Assembly: GCF_006345805.1 (NCBI RefSeq)
Contig: NC_043000.1
Coordinates: 140,182,001-140,246,000 of the forward strand
From: Octopus sinensis
Taxonomy: Eukaryota
DNA: 64,000 nt
Reading direction: 5' to 3'
Made by a program: the position numbers and the translations under genes. The notes below the pieces were generated by a model. The model saw only the letters and a program-made list of their open reading frames with translations, had not been told where the DNA came from and did not search any database. Numbering within the stretch: position 1 is the stretch's first letter; each line of letters begins with the position of its first letter. This document shows positions 1-12,245 of the stretch, piece by piece.

Positions 1-185
1 ATAGACATACACACAAATATATACATATATATATTTCTCAGTTTCCGTCTACCATATCCACTCACAAGGCTTTGGTTGGCCTGAGACAATAGAAGACGCT
101 TGCCCAAGGTGCCATGCAGTAGAACTGAACCTGGAACCATGTGGTTGGGAAGCAGGCTTCTTACCACACAGCCACACTGCACCTA
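1..185 (-). mobile_element. SINE family A (tRNA-derived head, GTAAAAGA tail), 5' part, cut by window edge
   Basis: Matches the head of the many full copies (ccacacagccact..gcacct; cttgcccaaggtgcca); part of the 1-470/1061-1535 duplication. Confidence 0.9.
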
Positions 186-904
186 TAGTAATTTTTTCAG
201 TTAATTATGTTTTCATCTATTATTGATTGTTAAAATTTATTTTGCATCACTTATATGACTAACTTCTTGGAGAAAAGAATGAATGTCATAAATTCTATTT
301 TGCAGAGAAGAAAAAATATTTTCAGTTATCTTTTTAAATATCTTCCCCTAGCAGAGTAAAAATAAGTGTTCAGTGTCTGAGTGCTCAGTAAGACAATACA
401 TAACCGTACATGGTTCTGATCATTATAACTCTCCTGAGGCTACACAACAATATTAACATGACACAATTGTATGTTGCCTCTACAGCCATCATCTCCACCA
501 CCCTTTTGGTCACCCCATTATGCCCCACTTATCTTCAATACCTCACTGGATCTTTCCACCGCCCACTTTAGGAACCATTGCATTATACTATGCTATCTGC
601 TATCTCTCTGTGGCTTTTTAACAGGGTAAGATAAAAATTGTGGAAAATTTGGTTACTAATTTAAGCATATTAAATGCTATTGTAGAGACTCTGCTTTAAC
701 TCAAATGATTATAAGGTATATTGTATGGCAACCTTTGCCTTTCCATATTACCTATTTAGCTGATGATGGACTGAGAATGTAAGTATATAGTGACTGGTCA
801 TAGACACAATGTCATTTAAGTGAGGAGATTTGAATGGTGAATCACATAATCTTCAGTAAAATCATTATGTTTCTAACATCATATATTTGCTCGTTTTCAG
901 CCAT

Positions 905-1245
905 TTAGTGAATCCCTTGTTTCAGTCATTTGACTGCGGCCATGCTGGAGCACTGTCTTTAGTCAAACAAATTGCCTCCCAGGATTTATTCTTTGCAAGC
1001 CTAAGTTACAGGGATGTAAACACACCAACATTGGTTGTCAAGCGATGGTGGGGGACAAGCATAGACATACACACAAATATATACATATATATATTTCTCA
1101 GTTTCCGTCTACCATATCCACTCACAGGGCTTTGGTTGGCCTGAGACAATAGAAGACGCTTGCCCAAGGTGCCATGCAGTAGAACTGAACCTGGAACCAT
1201 GTGGTTGGGAAGCAGGCTTCTTACCACACAGCCACACTGCGCCTA
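905..1245 (-). mobile_element. SINE family A copy
   Basis: tgtttcagtcatttgactgcggccatgctggagca ... ttaccacacagccacactgcgcct; CpG-decayed. Confidence 0.9.
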
Positions 1246-1993
1246 TAGTAATTTTTTCAGTTAATTATGTTTTCAATCTATTATTGATTGTTAAAATTTA
1301 TTTTGCATCACTTATATGACTAACTTCTTGGGAGAAAAGAATGAATGTCATAAATTCTATTTTGCAGAGAAAAAAAAATATTTTCAGTTATCTTTTTAAA
1401 TATCTTCCCCTAGCAAAGTAGAAATAATTGTTCAGTGTCTGAGTGCTCAGTAAGACAATAACATAACCGTACATGGTTCTGATCATTATAACTCTCCTGA
1501 GGCTACACAGCAATATTAACATGACACAATTGTCCATGCCGCCTGATGAGTAAGATTTTTGAATTTTATTAATCTGAAGCTGACACCTGAAACAATTCTC
1601 AAAAAAATGGTACATACTACTGATACATAATCATTTGAGAGCTGCCACTATAATTTTGATTATGTAAGGCATCACATGCAATACATTATATTGGTGTGTT
1701 ATAAGTCATAAGGTCATAACAAACAATTAAATGTTCATTTCCATGTAGTATATTCAAGCATGGTAACCTAGCTGAGGACAATACCCTCTATGGAAAGTTC
1801 AGAGCACACTACAGTAAGCTTACAGAAGACATCAATGTCACAGTGCTACTGCTGCTTATATCATTGAGCCATTCTAATTCTTAACATTGATTCCCAAAGC
1901 TATAAGAATGAAGCAATTCAAATGTTAAGCATCTCAACGCTAGAAACAATATAATACAAGTGGCTTGCTATGAACTGTTAACTCTTTAGCTCA

Positions 1994-2078
1994 GGAATTT
2001 CAACCGCGTTTCGTGGTCTGCTACCACAACAGCTCCTTTATAGGATCCAGTTACCTCAAGACATCATCAGGAGGAACC
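1994..2078 (-). ncRNA. Degenerate hammerhead-like motif in probable Penelope pLTR remnant
   Basis: Minus strand: CTGATGA (2070-2064), hairpin GTGGT/ACCAC directly before GAAAC (2012-2008), then GCGGTT; stem I pairs poorly. Confidence 0.35.
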
Positions 2079-2327
2079 ACGTCCGGTTTCAGCCCTTACT
2101 CCTCTACCGTTTTGATGTGCCCCCCCCCACACACACACACACACTTCGGTGGTGTCTTGATCACAGTCTAACAAGTTGGTTGTGTCAGAAAAAACTTATG
2201 ACTTTTAATGGTGATCTTTGACAGACCAATGTTCTACAGATGACTGTGGCTCCACTTCAGTATATTTGACAGAACAAAAAAAAAAAGAGAAAAACGCATA
2301 GTCATGTTAAATGCAATTTTAAGTGAA

Positions 2328-2745
2328 TACTCTTTACTCTTTTACTCTTTTACTTGTTTCAGTCATTTGACTGCGGCCATGCTGGAGCACTGCCTTTAGT
2401 CGAGCAAATCGACCCCGGGACTTATTCTTTGTAAGCCCAGTACTTATTCTATCAGTCTTTTTTGCCGAACCGCTAAGTGACAGGGACGTAAACACACCAG
2501 CATCGGTTGTCAAGCAATGCTGGGGGACAAACACAGACACACAAATACATACACACACACTTATACATATATACATATATACGACAGGCTTCTTTCAGTT
2601 TCTGTCTACCAAATCCACTCACAAGGCATTGGTCGGCCCGGGGCTATAGCAGAAGACACTTGCCCAAGATGCCATGCAGTGGGACTGAACCCGGAACCAT
2701 GTGGTTGGTTAGCAAGCTACTTACCACACAGCCACTCCTGCGCCT
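2328..2745 (-). mobile_element. SINE family A, full-length young copy
   Basis: Complete head, internal (CA/TA)n and (TACTCTTT)n tail; CpGs intact. Confidence 0.95.
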
Positions 2746-3309
2746 ATGTTTGTTTTAATTGCTATCTCAATTATCTTTCTAACATTTTTGAAAAGTTTGT
2801 CTGATAACAGTAGAAGCTATTGAAGAATGGTACAAAGTCAGTGCCAATCAAACAGGCCAATGACCAAAATTATTCTGTGTGAATCCGATCATGGTTTCAT
2901 GTTTTGAAGTGGAATATAACTAAGACTGCATTATCCAATGTTTATTTTCATTTTTCCAAGAACATTGTGTATTATTTGAAAAAGATTTAGCTGTTATTTC
3001 AATAACAGTAAGCTTATCACACAACTGAACAGAAGCAACAAATATTGACTATAATTAGTGTGGCTATGATTGTTGAGTTTGTTGAACACTAAACTAAATT
3101 CAAGATTATAATTTAGTGAAAATCAAAATCTTATATGACATTTTAAAGATTTCATTAGATTATAGAGATTTCATCCTAGACTTTATTAAGTTAGTTAAGA
3201 TAAACAAACAATTCTATGTGTTGAGTAAGATCTTCTAAAATGTTGGAATTCATGACTGACATATTGCATATATAGAGTTACAACAATGCTGTTCAGTTGC
3301 TTTGTGAGG

Positions 3310-3445
3310 AATAGCTGTTTGCTTAGTAAGTTCATTTCACCACCACATGGTTCTTGGTTCTGAGGAAATGCCTTCTATGGTGGCTTCAGTTCACCAATGG
3401 CTTCTCAACTTAATTTGGTAGACAAAAGCTGTGCAAAACCTCTTC
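3310..3445 (+). mobile_element. Old degenerate SINE family A 5' fragment
   Basis: accacatggttcttggttc ... atttggtagacaaaagctg resembles family A. Confidence 0.55.
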
Positions 3446-3562
3446 TAAATAAGCAAAAAAAAAAAATCCAAAATTCTGACTACCTTTTTTTTCTTAATAC
3501 ATAAAATCTACACACCACTTCAAACAATCTATACATACATATATACACAAACACACACATGC

Positions 3563-3567
<5 letters not shown>

Positions 3568-3611
<44 letters not shown>

Positions 3612-3630
3612 TATATATATATATATATAA
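3568..3630. repeat. (TA)n microsatellite
   Basis: Direct reading. Confidence 0.95.
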
Positions 3631-3838
3631 ACAACTTATAAGTAAGGGCTAAAGAAAATTATTTCAATGCCAATATGCTAATAACAGACTATTAAATCAT
3701 CAATTTCCACATATAATTTACTCGCTAAAGAAAAAACCGAAGAACTGAAGTCGGGCAGTAGTAGACTTATATATATATATATTATATATATATATATATA
3801 TATACACATACATACTGACAGGCAGGTTATAAGACCGA

Positions 3839-3958
<120 letters not shown>

Positions 3959-5194
3959 TAATGAGTGATAAAACACTAGTAGAAGTGTAGAATAAATAGT
4001 CACCAAGAAATGCTTTGAAATATTTTTAAACTCCAACTCTTGCATCAAACTTAGTATAGAAGTAGAAAATTAGCAGGGAAAACGACTGAAGTCACATGCA
4101 TGTAAAACAAAATGATAAAGGAGCTGTACATCCAATTTTAGGTGTAAGAGATGTATTTATATGAAGCATTTGCAAATACAATTTACAGGATGTATGGAGG
4201 TCTTTTCTTTACAGCTGTAATATATGATCAGTGAAAGATTGATATAAAAAAACATATTATGCAAGAAGATGCAATACTGAAGTAATATTACTCATAAACA
4301 TAAAAACAAATATAGTATTGACTAGCACGAACCATGATAGCTGAGCAGTCTAAGAGTGAATGTATCATGAGAGAGAGTTAAAAAAAATATACTGGCATCA
4401 ATAAAATAGATAGACCAGAAGAAAATATAAGGAGGAAAAATAAGAGAACGTTGGACTGCTGAAAGGGTCGGTCATGCTGCATATGATGTCCATTGTCTGC
4501 AAACAAGGGTTATAAAGCTAAGTAATAAAAAGGTTTGGGTTGAGGAAGCTTATCAAAAAAAAAAAAGGAAAAAAACACTTTAACCATACTGAAAGTTGGG
4601 ATGGGAAATAATTTCAATTCTAATTTGTAAGAGTTTTCTGAAAAACTTATAACATGATATTACAAATAATTTGGATAAACACAACTTCTAAATCAATTTC
4701 ATTTAAACTAATTAGGTATCACAATAAAATGATAATACATTTAATGATGTTTATCTTGAAAGAGTTGTTGAGCAAAATTAAGGAATGAACTATCTGTGAA
4801 ATCTATTCTTTTTCTGCTTTTATTTTAAATATATTTCACACAGAAGTATATACAGCCCTAAAAAATTTCAGCAAAATTGCCATTACTCTGATAATATCAA
4901 AGTAAATCAAACGAAATTTATACTGAATAAAATATATCATACATACAAACATTATACGAATTTGGAACACCAGACAATAAACATTTTCAAAGATATGAAC
5001 AACATATTAATTTTCAAATGTTACAAAAATATGTACACCCAAAAGGAAATTTGCTATATTCAATATTTTATCCACTTTTTTTTTCCTAAACTGGACTCTC
5101 CTACCTTTCACAAATATGTCATAAATATTGTAGCATTGGGGATATCACACATTTGTGACAAGATACTGACACTTTCATAACTTCAAACTCACAG

Positions 5195-5775
5195 ACGTTT
5201 GTAGTATATGGTTTCTGATTACAAATATCTTGGGTCATAAATATCATCATCTGGAAAAGATTTTCTAACTAGAAAGGGTATGGCCTGGTCAGCCTGTAAT
5301 GATATGCATAAGATCTGGTCATCAAATCTAAGTAGAGACTTCAAACTTAAAATCTTCAAAGCCACAGTCGAACAAATTCTACAATATGGCTCAGAAACCT
5401 GGACGCTATCAAAGAAGCTTGAGAGGCGGTTGGATGGAACCTATACTCGCCTCCTTATGAGAGCTCAAAATCTCTCGTGGAAGAGTCATCCAACCAAAAT
5501 GCAAATATATGGGAAACTACCACCTGTGTCATCTCTTGTGAAAGGTAGGAGAGTCCAGTTTGCTGGACATTGTTGTAGAGCTGAAAACAAGGCAATTTCT
5601 CCTCTTCTCCTCTGGAAGCCATCTACTCACGATACCAGAGGGCGCACCAGATGTAATCTCCAGGGATACAGGCATCCAGCAACAGGACCTCCGTAATTCT
5701 ATGATGGACCGTGAAGTCTGGCGTAGCATGGTAAATTCCATTGTCTCGACCACGGTCGAACAATGATGATGATGA
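5195..5775 (+). mobile_element. RTE-clade LINE, 5'-truncated 3' end
   Basis: ORF 5280-5696 (YGSETWTLSKKLERRLDGTYTRLLMRAQNLSW...RRVQFAGHC), preceded by KYLGS and followed by DREVWRSMV..* and a (TGA)n tail; typical RTE post-RT region. Confidence 0.9.
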
Positions 5776-6199
5776 GTATAGGTGAGAGCAGTGTAATTCT
5801 CTGGTCTGTAGCATGGATACATCTTCTATTGTAACGCAGTTACTTTGAAGTCATTGTCTTCATCTTTTACGAAAGGATGAATACACATAATACATCATTT
5901 TATTTCTTCCCCACAGTCTTTTATTTATCTTTGGTCAATTACTGGGTCATCATCAAGTTTGATTAATAAGCCATCATGTAAAAGTGCATCGTGATATAAC
6001 TGATGAACAGAAATCGTATCTAAAATAAGAATCTCTGAATGGATTTATCCTTCTAATTGTTGTCGTTAACTAACCTGAGTTCATTAGTGGTCACATTCAT
6101 CTATGATCAAAGAAATTCTCTCTTTGATCATTCAATCTTACTGAAAAATTGACCTAAAAGTAGAGTAATTAGTGCATTATACCTTATAGTATTGGTCTT

Positions 6200-6270
6200 T
6201 AATTTTTATATTCTGAGTTCAAATCCTGCCAAGGTATACTTTGCCTTTCATCTTCTGAAGAAAAATGGTA
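6200..6270 (+). mobile_element. Degenerate SINE family B fragment
   Basis: ttctgagttcaaatcctgccaaggtatactttgcctttcatc. Confidence 0.6.
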
Positions 6271-6463
6271 CTTAAAAGAAGGTATCTGTGTAGCTACTTT
6301 TGTATTCTTCCACAAGAATTCCTTGACTAGTACATAGTTCTTATTAAGGAAGGTATTAGTCTTTCCATTTTATTTTTATTCTTCAAGATGATAAGGCAAA
6401 TTCTAATGAGTCAAGTCATTGACTTCAGGACAAGTCGAGGATCATGTCTTGCTTGTATGGTTT

Positions 6464-6856
6464 GGAATGGATGGAAGCACTCCGTCGGTTACGACGACGA
6501 GGGTTCCGGTTGATCCGAATCAACGGAACAGCCTGCTCATGAAATTAACGTGTAAGTGGCTGAGCACTCCACAGACACATGTACCCTTAACGTAGTTCTC
6601 GGGGATATTCAGCGTGACACAGAGAGTGACAAGGCCGGCCCTTTGAAATACAGGTACAACAGAAACAGGAAGTAAGAGTGAGAGAAAGTTGTGGTGAAAG
6701 AGTACAGCAGGGATCACCACCATCCCCTGCCGGAGCATCGTGGAGCTTTAGGTGTTTTCGCTCAATAAACACTCACAATGCCCGGTCTGGGAATCGAAAC
6801 CGCGATCGTATGACCGCGAGTCCGCTGCCCTAACCACTGGGCCATTGCACCTCCAC
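6464..6856 (-). mobile_element. SINE family C (tRNA head GGAGGCGCAATGGCCCAGTGGTTAGG, GTGCTTCCA tail), full length
   Basis: Near-identical to 50402-50786 and 55937-56307; 11-bp TSD ttgtatggttt (6453-6463 / 6857-6867). Confidence 0.95.
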
Positions 6857-7024
6857 TTGTATGGTTTATATGTACATGTATATACATTTAACTACAATAA
6901 GGGTTTAGAAAATTTTTCTAGCCTATATGCTGAGAAAAAGATGCTAAATCGTCACACCACTTAAAGAAGTCACAAACACACATGTTGAATTCGACACAAC
7001 AAACTAATGGAAATTGTTTAGATA

Positions 7025-7081
7025 GTTCTGTATTAGCCTAATATCTGGGTTTGCCCAAAGCTCCCCCATCATCAGCGGAAC
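7025..7081 (-). ncRNA. Hammerhead ribozyme copy with core mutation (GATA instead of GAAA)
   Basis: Minus: GTTCCG-CTGATGA-TGGG..CCCA-GATA-TTAGGCTAAT-A-CAGAAC. Confidence 0.55.
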
Positions 7082-7161
7082 ATACTAATAGAAATAAATG
7101 AAATATTTATATATACTCTGAGTATAATAATATGTACTGTGAGTATATATAAATATAGTAT

Positions 7162-7219
7162 GTTCTGCTGATGATGAGAGAGCCATTGGGCAAACCCAGA
7201 AATTAAGCTAATACAGAAC
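7162..7219 (+). ncRNA. Type I hammerhead ribozyme (structurally complete)
   Basis: Stem I GTTCTG(7162-67)/CAGAAC(7214-19); core CTGATGA 7168-74; stem II TGGG-CAAA-CCCA or TGAG..CCCA; GAAA 7199-7202; stem III ATTA-AGC-TAAT; predicted cleavage 3' of A7213. Confidence 0.7.
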
Positions 7220-7447
7220 TATCTATTTTATTAAAAAATTTTCTGTTAGTTTGTTGTGTCGAATTCAACATGTGTGTTTGTGACTTCTTTAAGTGGTGAG
7301 ATGATTTAGCATCTTTTTCTCAGCATATAGGAAAGAAAAAAAAAATTAAGCCCTCATTCTAATTATACAGGTAATTTTCACCTTAATTGGTTTCATTTTA
7401 TATGATGGCCACTGATAGAATTTTTTAAAAGGTTTTATCCTCTATTA

Positions 7448-7468
7448 TATATATATATATATATATAT

Positions 7469-7509
<41 letters not shown>

Positions 7510-7570
7510 TAGATATACATAAATACATATACATACATGTATATATATATACATACATATATATATACAT
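7448..7570. repeat. (TA)n-(GA)n-(TACA)n compound microsatellite
   Basis: Direct reading. Confidence 0.9.
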
Positions 7571-8227
7571 ATTTAAATAATAAGGCTGGAAGTAATACAC
7601 ACACACATATATATATAGTGCGTATGCATGTGTATATTTATGTGAGTGAGTCTATGAGTATACATAACACTCTATGTAAAGCACAAAACGTAAAATACTG
7701 AGTCACTTTGATGGATTTGTAGGATATATTTTACTTTTTCTGCTTTTTGTCAATGAAATAAAAATATTCCTAGAAATGGTATTTGTTTAAGGTCTGAGTT
7801 GTTCTATTGAATCGTTAATGAGATATAATACAAACTAATCTCATTAATCTTGCGTATCCAAACTGAGACCTTAATATAATAAATCAATGGATTAATGCTT
7901 TAAATACAAATAATCATTCCACAAACGAACAGTAAATCTATATCTTCATTACTGATAATTGTCAAGTTTATGACTTGTTTAATGCAAAGAATAAATACGC
8001 CTGTGAACATATGTATACCTCTTTAAAATTTGTATGTAAGTATGTGTATTGTATATGCATATATGTGTAAGTGTGTGAAATATTTATGTTTGTGTAATCA
8101 TATGCATTGCATTGTGTATGTATACGGATGTGTGTCTAACAGACTAATCTATTGGAAGCAGACTTCATCTCTGTACTTGATTTGATTTTAACACTTCTTT
8201 AGCCAGTCTGGTCAACATTATGGAATG

Positions 8228-8392
8228 GTAGTAATTTTTTCAGTTAATTATGTTTTCAGTCTATTATTGATTGTTAAAACCTATTTTGCATCACTTATAT
8301 GACTATATTCTTGGGAGAAAAGAATGAATGTCATAAATTCTATTTTGCAGAGAAAAAAAAATATTTTCAGTTATCTTTTTAAATATCTTCCC
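8228..8392 (+). repeat. Third copy of a 165-bp block also at ~187-350 and ~1247-1410
   Basis: tagtaattttttcagttaattatgttttca...tttttaaatatcttccc is shared by all three. Confidence 0.9.
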
Positions 8393-8574
8393 TTTTATTC
8401 ACACATCTTGAACTTTTTTTCCTTTACTCTTATCACTTTCTCCGCTGTTCATTCTCTTGGTCATATTGTCTTGAGTGAATGGACACTCAATAAACACTTG
8501 GATTAGTGAAGACATTTTAGACCAGGAGTTCTCAACTATTTTTTAACTATGGACCTATTTGCTTTAAAATAGAA

Positions 8575-8665
8575 AACTGGGTCAATTCATTCAGCTAAAA
8601 TTCTTGAAGGCAGTGCACCAGCATGGTCACAGTCTAATGACTGAAACAAGAAGAAGATAGATGAT
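8575..8665 (+). mobile_element. Old SINE family A 3' fragment
   Basis: gaaggcagtgcaccagcatggtcacagtctaatgactgaaacaag. Confidence 0.7.
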
Positions 8666-8680
8666 GAAGATAAAAGATAT

Positions 8681-9092
8681 TACTCTTTTATTCTTTTATT
8701 CTTTTACTTATTCTTTTACTTGACTGCGGCCATGCTGGAGCACCGCCTTTAGTCGAGCAACTCGACCCCGGGACTTATTCTTTGTAAGCCCAGTACTTAT
8801 TCTATCGGTCTCTTTTGCCGAACCGCTAAGTAACGGAGACATAAACACACCAGCATCTGTTGTCAAGCAATGCTAGGGGGACAAACACAGACACACACAT
8901 ACACATACATACATATATATACATATATACGATGGGCTTCTTTCAGTTTCCATCTACCAAATCCTCTCACAAGTCTTTGGTCGGCCCGAGGCTATAGTAG
9001 AAGACACTTGCCCAAGGTGTTACGCAGTGGGACTGAACCCGGAACCATGTGGTTGGTAAACAAGCTACTTACCACACAGCCACTCCTGCACC
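8681..9092 (-). mobile_element. SINE family A, full length
   Basis: Complete consensus match. Confidence 0.95.
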
Positions 9093-9348
9093 GTGTGTGT
9101 GTGCGTGTGTGTGTGTGCGTATGTATATAGAAAGTTAAATAGGTATCATTACCATTATTAATAATAATAAGGCTAATAATAAAGTAGCTAGCAAGTTTAC
9201 ACATTTGTAGGTAAAAAATATAAACAAAATACAGTAGGGTATTTAAAATATCACTTCCTAAAAAACATCTATCGCTCTGAAACTACAAATTACTCACTAT
9301 TAAAATACACACGGCTAATGCAACAAACATAACAGAAATAGGCTTACC

Positions 9349-9460
9349 TTGTATGAACTACAGAAGTAAGGGATGCATATATTCCAGGATCAAGAGATTT
9401 CGCTTTCTGTATGGAAAACATTAAGCTCATCAGCAGGACTTAACGCAACAACATCTACTT
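9349..9460 (-). other. Candidate host exon (possibly 5'UTR plus start codon)
   Basis: Minus: gtttcag| ... |gtaagc. The only frame open to the donor reads MSLMFSIQKAKSLDPGIYASLTSVVHT after in-exon stops; no homology recognised. Confidence 0.3.
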
Positions 9461-9571
9461 CTGAAACACTCATCACATTACACTGTGTGCACTCTTACAT
9501 TTGAATGCTCCCATGACATTTCCAAAATGAACATAACGTGAGCCAGTATAATATACAGTTAAATAGGTATC

Positions 9572-9803
9572 GGGCGGCGAGCTGGCTGAATCGGTAGCAC
9601 GCCGGGCGAAATGCTGAGCGGTATTTCGTCTGCCGCTACGTTCTGAGTTCAAATTCCGCCGAGGTTGACTTTGGCTTTCGTCCTTTCGGGGTCGATTAAA
9701 TAAGTACCAGTTACGCACTAGGGTCGATGCAATCGACTTGACCCGTTTGTCTGTCCTTGTTTGTCCTCTCTGTGTTTAGCCCCTTGTGGGTAGTAAAGAA
9801 ATA
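9572..9803 (+). mobile_element. SINE family B (head GGCGGCGAGCTGGC; central GTCGACTTTGCCTTTCATCCTTTCGGGGTCGATAAA domain)
   Basis: Full length; 11-bp TSD aaataggtatc (9561-9571 / 9799-9809). Confidence 0.95.
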
Positions 9804-10011
9804 GGTATCATTACCATTATTAATAACGATAATGATAATAATAAAGGGGCTAGCAAGTTTTCACCTTTATAGGTAAAAAATATAAACAAAATACAGTAGG
9901 GTTCTTAAAATACCTCTTGCTATAGACAGAGCTAACGCTCTAAAACCACAAATTATTTATATGCGTGTGTGTTTATAAGCATATATGTACATTCACAGAC
10001 ACCTCTTCTGG

Positions 10012-10215
10012 TCCCTGTGCCAGTTGCACGGAAAAGCACCCACTACATTCTCGGAATGGTTGGCGTTAGGAAGGGCATCCAGCTGTAAAAACACTGCCAG
10101 ATCAGATTGGGGCCTGGTGCAGCCTCCTGGTTTCTCAGACCCCGGTCAAACCGTCCAACCCATGCCAGCTTGGAAAACGGACGTTAAACGATGATGTTGA
10201 TGATGATGATGATGA
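10012..10215 (+). mobile_element. SINE family D (RTE-like 3' end, (GAT)n tail)
   Basis: aagcacccactac..ggttggcgttaggaagggcatccagctgt..ggacgttaaacgatgatg. Confidence 0.9.
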
Positions 10216-10231
10216 TATATATATATATATA

Positions 10232-11913
10232 CAGAGCTGGGCGTCAGTCTGTTAATCTGTTAATTGTTAATGAAGTTAACCTTTCCATTAATAATTTAAT
10301 TTTTAAGTTAACTTTGGAAGCCTTTATTGGACTAATTAACTTCCATTTCATTTAGCTTCCGTTAACTCAAGTCAGTTAATCAAAAATTTCATGAAAACTG
10401 GTAAACGTTTAAAAGCTTCTATTGTTTTGATCTTTTAGTTTAATACTAATATTGTTTCATTTGAGTTTTTTTTACTCTTTTCTGGCTCTAAAAGCCTTTA
10501 AAGACCTAAAAACGGGACAAGACAATGCCATCAGCTGTTTTTAGGCCCTTTAAAATTTGAAACTATAAAATCAGCATTTTTTAACTCTAAAGCAAGAAAA
10601 AAAAACTATAATTTTGGGGTTCTAAAGCCTTCAGAAAAGCCAAAAAGCTGATTTTATAGTTTGGGCACTTTTTAATCCTTTAGTGTTTAAATCGGCCTAA
10701 ATCTGTCGTATCTAATTCCTCTACGAAATCTTTTAAAAAAGTAAACAAGTCACGTTAGTGAATTCTCATAGTTTTGAGATAATGTGAGGGCTTTTCTTCC
10801 AGAATGCACAGAACTGGGAGAAAAGCAAAATTAACTGAGGTGGATGTCAACAGAGAAAATATTGACTTCCATAAAGTGGAAAAAATAAATGGAAGGAAAA
10901 AAGTTGGTAAATATTTCGGTGTGAACGCAAATAACTGTAACGTGGTTGCAGGGCAATAGAAATAGCAGCCAATTCTTTCCTTTTCTGGAAAAAGTAGCCG
11001 TTTACGCATGATTTTGATGTTACATTCGTTGAAAGCATGCAAAATAACCTGGAAAAGAAAAAAGACCCGCGAAACAGAACTCCCTTGGTAGGAAACTTCG
11101 AGATTCCCCCTCTTACCTTTCTTTTCTGGAAAAATGTGGCTTGCAGCGGGTTTGGAAGTCAGATACGTTGAATGCACCCGAAAAAAAAATGTAGTTCACA
11201 CATTTTCCTCTGAAATTATTAACAATTATTTTAGGCAAAAATGTTCCTCTCATGGGTTTTAATCTGTAGTGAAAAAAATGGTCAAAATCGTTTCAGACTG
11301 GAGTGGTGAGGGGGGGGGGGGTGAAAAAATTTCAAAACTTTTTTCTTTTTCGTTTCGTGAAAAGATGCCTCTCATCATTCTGAAGACTTTGGTGAGAAAC
11401 ATCGGAAAAATCTCCATCAAAACGGAGAAGTTCCAACTTACGTGGGCCGTCTGATCCGAAACCCAATTTTCTAGAAACTCCTCTCCCCCGCCCCTTCCAA
11501 ATATTTTAGCTACAAATTCCTTTTGTAATCGTAATCTACACTACCTGAAAGATATTTGTCTAAACTTTCATCAAAAAATACCTATTTTCCAGAAAGTTAT
11601 GAGGCGGGAAATGTCGGGTTCTGTGAATTTTCTGAAACTCCTCACCTCAACCCTCAGAAAAATTTTCCAACATATCTTTACATGCACTCAATTTACAGGA
11701 TACAAGCGATTATTTGGTGAAAGTTTCGTTAAAAAGTATCAATTTTTCTGGAAGTTATGAGGCAACAAAGTCAGTGGTGTGTTAAACTGTAGTTATATCA
11801 TTTTCCAATAAAAGTTAACGTTAATAGATTAACATTAACTTCCATTACATTTCAAAGAACTAACAGATTAATGATTAACAAAGGTAATTTTTTAGTTAAC
11901 AGTGCCCACCTCC

Positions 11914-11914
<1 letters not shown>
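10232..11914. mobile_element. Non-autonomous DNA transposon, hAT-like
   Basis: TIRs CAGAGCTGGGC / (rc) CGGAGGTGGGC; GTTAA-rich subterminal arrays at both ends; flanks tatatata / tgtatata consistent with an 8-bp TSD; no intact transposase. Confidence 0.6.

Positions 11915-12001
<87 letters not shown>
11915..12001. repeat. (TA)n(GA)n microsatellite
   Basis: Direct reading. Confidence 0.95.
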
Positions 12002-12005
<4 letters not shown>

Positions 12006-12199
12006 GTGACACATGGTGATTGTTGTATTGGGTGTGCTGCCACACACAATGCAACCAATTTTCAAGCAGGGGTATGACAAAAGTTTTCTATTAAGATTTA
12101 TGATTAAATTAATGAGTGAGGTTAATATTTGTAATGAATTTGCTACTTTTGATGGGTGTGCAACATACACCTAGTACACACGGGATATACACCCCTGAT

Positions 12200-12212
12200 A
12201 TATATATGTATG

Positions 12213-12245
<33 letters not shown>

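Larger units (their letters stand above)
6889..7365. repeat. Long inverted repeat (two ~220-bp arms), probably an inverted pair of Penelope-type pLTRs
   Basis: cctatatgctgagaaaaagatgctaaatc..cacaacaaactaa mirrored at 7245-7331 with few mismatches; each arm carries a hammerhead motif. Confidence 0.9.

Noticed and set aside
187-260. C/D snoRNA-like boxes in the triplicated block
   Set aside because: C box mismatched, no terminal stem, extremely AT-rich
1455-1600. CTGATGAG..GAAACAATT and GACACAATTGTC hammerhead-like words
   Set aside because: Stems I and II cannot be formed convincingly
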